DNA of 64,000 bases from a virus. Position numbers and translations under genes: made by a program. Of this stretch, positions 57,526 through 64,000 are shown in pieces. The notes under the pieces were generated by a model. That model was not told the DNA's origin. It made no database searches and worked only from the letters and a program-made list of their open reading frames with translations. Numbering within the stretch: the stretch's first letter is position 1; every line of letters starts with the position of its first letter. The DNA lies in IMG/VR virus record IMGVR_UViG_3300013094_000025, positions 33,938 to 97,937 of that record, one strand, 5' to 3'.

Positions 57526-57669
57526 ATGGACAACGTAAAGAAAGCTACACAGAATTTTATAGCTCAAATTGCTAACAAAGACTACTCCCAGGCTAAGATC
57601 GCTCTTCAAGCTGTAGTTGCTGAAAAGATAAAAAATAAGGTAAGAACCTATATTAATCAGGAAAAGTAG
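57526..57669 (+). CDS. 47-aa prohead core protein (gp67-like; not in ORF track)
   Basis: MDNVKKATQNFIAQIANKDYSQAKIALQAVVAEKIKNKVRTYINQEK*; fills the gap between protease and scaffold; FI..I...D...A helical pattern. Confidence 0.65.
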   Translation: MDNVKKATQNFIAQIANKDYSQAKIALQAVVAEKIKNKVRTYINQEK

Positions 57670-57696
57670 ACTAAATAGAATAAATAAATATACAAT

Positions 57697-58662
57697 ATGG
57701 ACTTCAAGAAAATTCTCCAAGAGCAATTCAAGGATCTCATCACAGAGGACACACTCACCGCCGTTCACGAAGCTTTCGAACAGGCTGTAAATGAAAAGGC
57801 AGAAAAGAAAGCCGAACTTCAGGTTGAAGCTACAGTAGCTAAGATTGATGAAGATCACTCTGAGAAGCTCCAGAAGCTCGTTGAAGCCATTGACGCTGAT
57901 CATACAGCCAAGCTTAAGAAGCTTGTTGAGACAATTGATTTCGATCACGCACAGAAGCTTAAGAAGGTTCTTACAAAGATTGATGAAGAACATACCCTTA
58001 AGCTTAAGGAAGTAATTAGTCATTACAAAACAATTTTAAATGAAGAAGCTGAGTCCTTCCGTGGACGCCTTGTCGATGAAGTATCAAACTATCTCGACCT
58101 TTACATGGAAAAGACAATGCCGACTGAACAAGTAAACGAAGCCGTAGAAAATATCCGTGCTAAGAAGACACTTGAGCAGATCCGCCAGCTTGTTGCTATC
58201 GATGAGAATTTCATCGATTCCGAGGTTAAGGAGGCCCTCGTTGACGGCAAAAGAACTATTGATTCCCTTAAGAAGGAATTGAACGAAGCATTAGAGACTA
58301 ATACAGAACTCAACCATAAGTTGAATCGTTCTGAGTCCGCTCTATTGCTTGAGTCAAAGACAAAGGATATGCCCGTTGCGGCCAAGTCCTTTGTTAGTAA
58401 GTTACTCAAGGGCAAGAGCCCTGAGTATATTCAAGAGAACTATCAGTACGTAGTTGAGATGTTCGAGAAGGAAATTACCGAACAAGAAGATTCTGCTAAG
58501 GAAAGCGTCACCCAACGTATCGTTGAGTCCGTTGATCGCCCCGAAACAGAAGTTCTTGAAGAGTCAATTTACTCACCGGCCCCGATTGTAGAATCGAGCG
58601 TTGGCGGATATCTGAATGAGATGAAAAAATTAGACGGATCTAAGCTTAACATTAAGCACTAA
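57697..58662 (+). CDS. gp22: prohead scaffolding protein (T4 gp22-like)
   Basis: FEQAV, coiled coil, VSNYLDLY; lies between protease and capsid genes. Confidence 0.88.
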   Translation: MDFKKILQEQFKDLITEDTLTAVHEAFEQAVNEKAEKKAELQVEATVAKIDEDHSEKLQKLVEAIDADHTAKLKKLVETIDFDHAQKLKKVLTKIDEEHTLKLKEVISHYKTILNEEAESFRGRLVDEVSNYLDLYMEKTMPTEQVNEAVENIRAKKTLEQIRQLVAIDENFIDSEVKEALVDGKRTIDSLKKELNEALETNTELNHKLNRSESALLLESKTKDMPVAAKSFVSKLLKGKSPEYIQENYQYVVEMFEKEITEQEDSAKESVTQRIVESVDRPETEVLEESIYSPAPIVESSVGGYLNEMKKLDGSKLNIKH

Positions 58663-58727
58663 GATCTTCTAACGTCTTTTCATACTCAAAAGGTCGAATC
58701 TTTTTTTATAAAGGAAAATTAATAACT

Positions 58728-60272
58728 ATGGAACTTTTTCATATCAACAAAAACGTAGCTGAAACACTCGTCGAGAAGTGGAGCCCAGTATTGGACTACT
58801 CTTCAGACAAGGTTTCTGCTATTACTAACGAAAATACTCGTCTGAACACCGCCATCCTCTTGGAAAACCAGGAGAAGTGGTGCTTTGAGAGCTCTTCAAA
58901 TTCCGCTAACGGAGTTTTCGGTACAGGTGCTGCTACAGGGTATGGTTACGGTGGACAGGTAGGCAACTCCTACCCATCCGGCGATACCTATGCTACTGGT
59001 GATGCTCGTCTTCCTAAGGTCCTTATCCCCATGATCCGTCGTACATTCCCCGAACTCATCACAAATGAGATCGTCGGTGTACAGCCCATGACAGGACCCG
59101 TTGGACTTGCCTTCGCAATGCGCTATCAGTACGAAGCTAACGCTCTCGGAAACGGAAGTAACGGTGGAAGTGGTAACTCCCAGTACGGTGACGGTAACAA
59201 CAGTCTTACCGGTACAACTGGAGGCAATACTGCTCTCTCCGAAGGTCAGGAAATTGGATATAACTACTTGAATACCGCCTTCACAGGTGCTTCAAGTGCT
59301 GCTTTATCCGGTAACTCCTATTGGACCAACATCCCTGAAGACTCCGGTGTTGCCGCTATCCTCAGCCAGTTTGAGCTTAGCTCCAACATCCCTCAGATGA
59401 CAGTTTCGTTCCAGAAGACCGCAGTAGAAGCCGGCACACGCCGTCTTGCTGCTAAGTGGTCTGTTGAACTCGAACAGGATCTTAAGAACATGAATGGTAT
59501 TGACATTGACGCTGAATTAACCAACGCAATGTCCTACGAAATTCAAGCTGAAATCGATCGCGAAATGATTATGCGTATGGTACAGACCTGCTTAAATGCA
59601 GGCGGACCTGGCACAACCACAGGAACAGGTGCTGGGCTTCCCGGTACAGGTTTCTCGATCTGGTCAGCTCTTTCCGCAGACGGCCGCTGGAGCGGTGAAC
59701 GTGCTCGTGACTTCTACAACAGAGTTGTAGTTGAAGCAAACCGCGTCGCCATCCGTAACCGTCGTGGTGCAGCCAATTTCATTATTGCTACACCTCGTAT
59801 CTGTGCCATTCTTGAGACCCTCCCTAACTTCACCTGGCAGCCTGTCACAGGTAGTGTAAACACTACCCCCGTTGGTATTGCTAAGGTCGGAGCTATCGGT
59901 GGTCGTTTCCAGATCTATCGTGATACACGTACAGAAACCGAACTCGTTGCCCAGCCTGGTTACAACACTGGTGGTCTTTCCGGCCCCAATGGTCAGCCCG
60001 GTTACGCAACCCAGCGCACAGCTCCTCTTGACTACGCCTTATTAGGCTATAAGGGTCCTGAGTACTATGACACCGGTATCGTTTACTGTCCTTATATCCC
60101 TGTTATGGTTCAGCGTACCATCGGTCCTAACGACTTCAGCCCACGTGTTGGGTTGCTCACTCGTTACGGCGTTGTTGACCATATCTTTGGCGCTAGCTTG
60201 TATTATCACTTGATTATCTGCCAAGGTCTCGGTCAGCAGTTCACCCCTGGTGCAGTTGCTGTTTACCTCTAA
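58728..60272 (+). CDS. gp23: major capsid protein (T4 gp23-like)
   Basis: EKWSPVLD, LLENQ, VQPMTGPVGLAFAMR, RRLAAKWSVELEQDL, EIDRE, YCPYIP, TRYG. Confidence 0.98.
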   Translation: MELFHINKNVAETLVEKWSPVLDYSSDKVSAITNENTRLNTAILLENQEKWCFESSSNSANGVFGTGAATGYGYGGQVGNSYPSGDTYATGDARLPKVLIPMIRRTFPELITNEIVGVQPMTGPVGLAFAMRYQYEANALGNGSNGGSGNSQYGDGNNSLTGTTGGNTALSEGQEIGYNYLNTAFTGASSAALSGNSYWTNIPEDSGVAAILSQFELSSNIPQMTVSFQKTAVEAGTRRLAAKWSVELEQDLKNMNGIDIDAELTNAMSYEIQAEIDREMIMRMVQTCLNAGGPGTTTGTGAGLPGTGFSIWSALSADGRWSGERARDFYNRVVVEANRVAIRNRRGAANFIIATPRICAILETLPNFTWQPVTGSVNTTPVGIAKVGAIGGRFQIYRDTRTETELVAQPGYNTGGLSGPNGQPGYATQRTAPLDYALLGYKGPEYYDTGIVYCPYIPVMVQRTIGPNDFSPRVGLLTRYGVVDHIFGASLYYHLIICQGLGQQFTPGAVAVYL

Positions 60273-60296
60273 GGTCACAGAAATACTCAACGTAAA

Positions 60297-60329
60297 GAAA
60301 CCCCGGAGAAATCCGGGGTTTCCTATTTT
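60297..60329 (+). terminator. rho-independent terminator after major capsid gene
   Basis: GAAACCCCGGA-GAAA-TCCGGGGTTTC then CTATTTT. Confidence 0.88.
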
Positions 60330-60372
60330 ATACAGCAGAAAAAAATGTAAAGTTGAATAAATATATTTACAT

Positions 60373-60759
60373 ATGGCAACAGCATACAAATACGAAGCAT
60401 CCGTTCCAACACCCTTTTCTACCGGTGTTGATTTTCTTTCATCGACAGTAGCAGTACCTAACATAGGGTACCCACAGAGAGTACTTTTTAATAGCTCACC
60501 TAAGCCATTAACAACAACAGCATATACAACAGCTGGTTGGGTTAATACAGCAGGAGCAGGTACTTCTTCTGGAGCCGGTAAAGTTGTATTTGATAATGCT
60601 TATAATGGTGCTACATTCTATCTTATACAGTCAGATCGCTCTTCGTTCGCTTTCTACGCTCTCAGTGGTGTTGGTACTCAGACAGCTACATTAACAGCTA
60701 ACGGTTATAATGCTTGGGGACCAACAGAAGTTCGTCTTCGTAACTTAGAGTATATCTAA
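60373..60759 (+). CDS. small virion protein, candidate capsid decoration protein
   Basis: 128 aa monocistron right after gp23 with own TAAATA (60358-60363) and terminator. Confidence 0.6.
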   Translation: MATAYKYEASVPTPFSTGVDFLSSTVAVPNIGYPQRVLFNSSPKPLTTTAYTTAGWVNTAGAGTSSGAGKVVFDNAYNGATFYLIQSDRSSFAFYALSGVGTQTATLTANGYNAWGPTEVRLRNLEYI

Positions 60760-60780
60760 AATATATACATTAATAAATTA

Positions 60781-60816
60781 GGAAAGCCTTTCATTATTTT
60801 GAAAGGCTTTCTTTTT
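60781..60816 (+). terminator. rho-independent terminator
   Basis: GAAAGCCTTTCA-TTATTT-TGAAAGGCTTTC then TTTTT. Confidence 0.88.
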
Positions 60817-60854
60817 GGTTGTATCTAGTAAGTATCAGACATAAATAAATTATA

Positions 60855-61562
60855 ATGGCTAATACAATATATGTTATTCCAGATACTGAATGTATCGGTA
60901 CATCTCTTCAACATATTAATGACAATTTTAATTTGTTAAATCAGCAGATTACAACTGATACTACTAACATAGCTACGTTATCTAGTTATGTAGCACCTAT
61001 TGGTACAACAGTATCTCTTTCATCTAATTTTGTTTATACAGTTCATTGTGATGGAACTGATACTACAGGAATAACAAATTCCTGGCAGGATATTTACGTA
61101 GATAGTGTACCTAACCCTTTAAGAATATCATATAATAATACATCATCTTCTCCTTATACTGTTCTTTTACAAGGTAAAGTTTATGCTCGAAACTACGGTA
61201 TGGCAGTTACTAGCTTTTATAGACTTACAGCTGTTGGTAGTGATAATACAAGTACAGTATTAGATACAGCAGCCTGTGAAGGTAATGTAAGTTATAGTCA
61301 TACTTACAATACAGTATTTCAAAGTGTATTTACTATCCCTGCTAATACAACTTATCAATTCGGCCTTCAATCTTATTTTCCCTCTACCGGTGCTCAACCA
61401 AATGGTGGTGTTAATATAAACGGGTATCAAACATCTAAAAAAGATTCTTGGAATATAAACAAATCAAAACCGTATACGGCGTCATATGCTAATAATACAT
61501 CTATTGGGTATTCAGATCCAGGGGTCGGTGTTTATTCTTATCTTAAGTTAGTTGTTTTATAA
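60855..61562 (+). CDS. virion fibre/decoration protein, CIGTSL anchor (paralog A)
   Basis: ECIGTSLQHINDNF N-terminus; C-domain similar to the next gene. Confidence 0.7.
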   Translation: MANTIYVIPDTECIGTSLQHINDNFNLLNQQITTDTTNIATLSSYVAPIGTTVSLSSNFVYTVHCDGTDTTGITNSWQDIYVDSVPNPLRISYNNTSSSPYTVLLQGKVYARNYGMAVTSFYRLTAVGSDNTSTVLDTAACEGNVSYSHTYNTVFQSVFTIPANTTYQFGLQSYFPSTGAQPNGGVNINGYQTSKKDSWNINKSKPYTASYANNTSIGYSDPGVGVYSYLKLVVL

Positions 61563-61563
61563 T

Positions 61564-62277
61564 ATGTCTTACGTTACCACTATTAATAGTAATCAGTATG
61601 TAGGTGATTCATTATCTACTATTAATAACAATTTTGCTAATTTAGAAACACAAACTAATAACGTAACTACATTTACAAATTCTGTTTCTGGTAACGTTTT
61701 TAAAAAGGGATATACAGTATCAACTATATCTAATTTTGTTTACGGCCATGTTCTTGACGGTACTGAAAAGAAATCAACTATCATTAATAATTGGAATGAT
61801 GTATATATAAACCCTCAAAAGAATCCTTTAAGAGTGTCATTTACAAACGACAATTATACACGTAAGGCTTTCTTACAAGGTAAAGTATATACCCGTAATG
61901 TAGGTATGGCAGCTACTAGTTTTTATAGGCTTGCCCGTTTTAATGATAATACATCTTCTACACCATTAGAAGTTATTGATGTAACAGCGTGTGAGGGTAA
62001 TGTAAATTATAGTCACGGGTACAATACACTATTTCAAAGTTTTTATCTACTTCAACCTAATATAACTTATACATTCGGTTTACAGCATTGGTGGCCAGGA
62101 AGTGGCGCAGGTACAGGTAACGGTATTCAAATAAACGGCTGGCAGACAAATAGTTCAGATTCCTGGGGGCAAAATTCAGGTAACACCTATAAATATATTT
62201 ACGCTAATGATAAAACTATTGGTTATCCTAATACAGGAGTCAATATTGAATCGTACATTAAACTTACACTAATTTAA
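61564..62277 (+). CDS. virion fibre/decoration protein, VGDSL anchor (paralog B)
   Basis: YVGDSLSTINNNF; shares NPLR, LQGKVYxRNxGMAxTSFYRL and ACEGNVxYSH with paralog A. Confidence 0.7.
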   Translation: MSYVTTINSNQYVGDSLSTINNNFANLETQTNNVTTFTNSVSGNVFKKGYTVSTISNFVYGHVLDGTEKKSTIINNWNDVYINPQKNPLRVSFTNDNYTRKAFLQGKVYTRNVGMAATSFYRLARFNDNTSSTPLEVIDVTACEGNVNYSHGYNTLFQSFYLLQPNITYTFGLQHWWPGSGAGTGNGIQINGWQTNSSDSWGQNSGNTYKYIYANDKTIGYPNTGVNIESYIKLTLI

Positions 62278-62281
62278 AACT

Positions 62282-63037
62282 ATGTCTACACCTTACTTAA
62301 TTACAACATTTATTCCAGGAAGTGCCTGTATAGGAGATTCTCGAAATACAATTAATGCTAGTTTTAGCGCTCTAGATACAGCTGTACAGAATTTAAGTAC
62401 TGGTTCTATTGCAAATCTTAATGTTGCAAGTGTTATAATTAGCTCAACAGTACCTTCAGTAAACGGTAATCAATTACCTTTTACAGTAGTTGGTAACAGC
62501 AATACATCTTTATATAGTTCTATACAGAATATATATGCCGGGGTTAGTGCTAGTACTGATTTATCATTCTATAATGATAGTGGTGTTAACTATCTTGATA
62601 TCGGTATTAATAGTACTCAGTATAATGGCAACTCTTACGGTCCAAAATTTAACGTAGTAGGTGCAGGAGATTCTTACATATATACAACTGCTAATGATTT
62701 AGCAATAGGTACATCAGTGCCGAGTACTTTTGCTGATATAATATTCTTTACTGGTGGAGCTTTAAGTGGTACATCCGTCAATGGTGGTAATGAGAGAATG
62801 CGTATCACTAATACTGGCGGATCTTACTCTGGTAATGTCGGTATTAATACCTCTTTCCCTAACCAACAGTTAACAGTAAGTGGGGCAATTAGTGCTACAA
62901 CATTTGTAGCAACAAGCTCATTATGGGTAGGTAGTTTGTCTGCAACTGTAGTATCACCTGGATCTGTTGTTGCTAAAATGCCAATATATAATGCTGTTGG
63001 TACCTTTGTTGGTTTTATACCAGTTTATAATTCTTAA
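62282..63037 (+). CDS. virion fibre protein, CIGDS anchor
   Basis: ACIGDSRNTINASF; ERMRI...GNVGINT...LTVSG fibre repeat. Confidence 0.72.
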   Translation: MSTPYLITTFIPGSACIGDSRNTINASFSALDTAVQNLSTGSIANLNVASVIISSTVPSVNGNQLPFTVVGNSNTSLYSSIQNIYAGVSASTDLSFYNDSGVNYLDIGINSTQYNGNSYGPKFNVVGAGDSYIYTTANDLAIGTSVPSTFADIIFFTGGALSGTSVNGGNERMRITNTGGSYSGNVGINTSFPNQQLTVSGAISATTFVATSSLWVGSLSATVVSPGSVVAKMPIYNAVGTFVGFIPVYNS

Positions 63038-63040
63038 TAT

Positions 63041-63742
63041 ATGGCAGTATTAACACCAGTATTAACAGGCGGTAATGGAGTACCTACATATAACTTAGGT
63101 ATAGCAGAAACCTATTCTTGGATACCTATTCAGAATGATCAGAATAGGCCGATGTACGCTAGAGCAGGTTATATTACTAATTTATCTGATTTAACTATAA
63201 CCCTTAGTGCTAGTAATTTAACAATCGGTAATGTTAAGCTTCAGGACGGTGTTGATGGTAGTTTAGCTTCTGTTGTTCAAGCTGGTACTAATTACGCTCT
63301 TTTAGTACAGACTCAAGATTTAGATTCTCGTTTAGATAGCATCACTATTGCCGACAGAAATGGACACTTTGCCGATTGTAACGGTCCGTTAAGTGCATTA
63401 TATGTGTACGCTGCTAACGATGTTCAAGTTCACGCTTCTCAAACTTTTCCTATATCAGGTAGTGTTACCGTTCTTAACCCTGTAACAAATTGGGACGTAT
63501 TAAGTGCTGCTATTAATAGCTCTAGCTACACAACTCTTCCATCAAATCCTGCTAATGAGATAACAATTTTAAATAATACAGGTGGTATTATGTATATTAA
63601 AAATGCATCTAAAACATTAGGCTTACCAATTGATAATAACACATCTGCTGATTTTAAACTTGTTGGTAATACTAATGAAGTAGCAGTTATGGCTAGTAGT
63701 AATAATCAAACTGTATATGCTACATTTATAGCTTATAACTAA
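63041..63742 (+). CDS. virion structural protein
   Basis: 233 aa S/T/N-rich ORF; IGNVKLQDG motif. Confidence 0.6.
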   Translation: MAVLTPVLTGGNGVPTYNLGIAETYSWIPIQNDQNRPMYARAGYITNLSDLTITLSASNLTIGNVKLQDGVDGSLASVVQAGTNYALLVQTQDLDSRLDSITIADRNGHFADCNGPLSALYVYAANDVQVHASQTFPISGSVTVLNPVTNWDVLSAAINSSSYTTLPSNPANEITILNNTGGIMYIKNASKTLGLPIDNNTSADFKLVGNTNEVAVMASSNNQTVYATFIAYN

Positions 63743-63743
63743 T

Positions 63744-64000
63744 ATGGGAAGAATATCTTTACTCGGAACTGGCAACATTGCTTTTAGTGGAAATGAAATT
63801 TATTCTACTAGCGGTAATACAGTTTTATTTGGCTCTAATATAACACCAGCAACGTCTGCTTTCTCTATAGGTACTATTGGTCAGCCTTTTAATGACTTGT
63901 ATCTTGCTGCAAATTCCTTTTCCCTTGCTTCTAATGTACTGGGTGCTTCGGGTATTAAGATGTCTAATGATGGAAATAGTTTTACCGTTCAAAATGGTGG
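63744..64000 (+). CDS. fibre-like virion protein, 3' truncated by window
   Basis: MGRISLLGTGNIAFSGNEI...NITPATSAFSIGTIGQPFNDLYL; open to the window end; I-x-P...IG...F..LY fibre motif. Confidence 0.6.
   Translation, partial: MGRISLLGTGNIAFSGNEIYSTSGNTVLFGSNITPATSAFSIGTIGQPFNDLYLAANSFSLASNVLGASGIKMSNDGNSFTVQNG

Noticed and set aside
3215-60464. Short overlapping ORFs in the track (e.g. 3373+, 4190-, 7503+, 11462+, 17092-, 26687+, 29836+, 57514-, 58101-, 60042-)
   Set aside because: Shadow frames of well-supported genes with no motifs or expression signals.
8070-61563. Longest-ORF starts (8070, 9422, 10501, 18534, 22577, 25453, 26817, 44963, 55175, 56842, 61552)
   Set aside because: They overlap upstream genes or promoter boxes; downstream starts fit promoter spacing and expected family N-termini.
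60855-62277. Diversity-generating retroelement TR/VR pair
   Set aside because: Both copies are intact genes diverged at all base types, not only adenines; no reverse transcriptase in the window.
1-64000. Stop-codon reassignment
   Set aside because: Conserved genes are full length in code 11; TAA, TAG and TGA all end genes.
1-64000. tRNA, rRNA or CRISPR loci
   Set aside because: Intergenic gaps are under about 100 nt and are explained by promoters/terminators; no cloverleaf or repeat-spacer pattern seen by eye.

Overview
AT-rich, densely coding 64 kb segment of a large T4-like (Tevenvirinae-related, distantly) myovirus genome in the standard genetic code. 1-10.9 kb: the 3' end of a probable ferredoxin-dependent bilin reductase, a 7-deazaguanine DNA-modification operon (TGT/DpdA-like, PurN-like formyltransferase, P-loop kinase, QueF; FolE2 nearby) and replication genes (UvsX, gp41, gp32, gp45). 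11-24.5 kb: terminase large subunit and contractile tail/hub genes. 24.5-31.2 kb: clamp loader, dUTPase, an antisense GIY-YIG homing endonuclease, terminase small subunit and a class Id-like ribonucleotide reductase. 31.2-52 kb: gp25/gp6 and about 18 kb of six large S/T/N-rich baseplate/fibre proteins. 52-64 kb: neck, head completion, protease, scaffold, major capsid and decoration/fibre proteins. Late genes have TAAATA/TAAGTA boxes about 5-15 nt before the start codon and mostly lack Shine-Dalgarno motifs. Best leads: (1) a possible pre-replicative formyl-preQ1 pathway with its own kinase; (2) a pervasive hydrophobic-Ser-Ala/Gly motif and strong Lys depletion in exposed virion proteins; (3) a bilin reductase in a phage with no other cyanophage features in this window; (4) five fibres sharing one N-terminal anchor. 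All family calls come from motif recognition by eye; no searches were run. No tRNA, rRNA or CRISPR array was seen.
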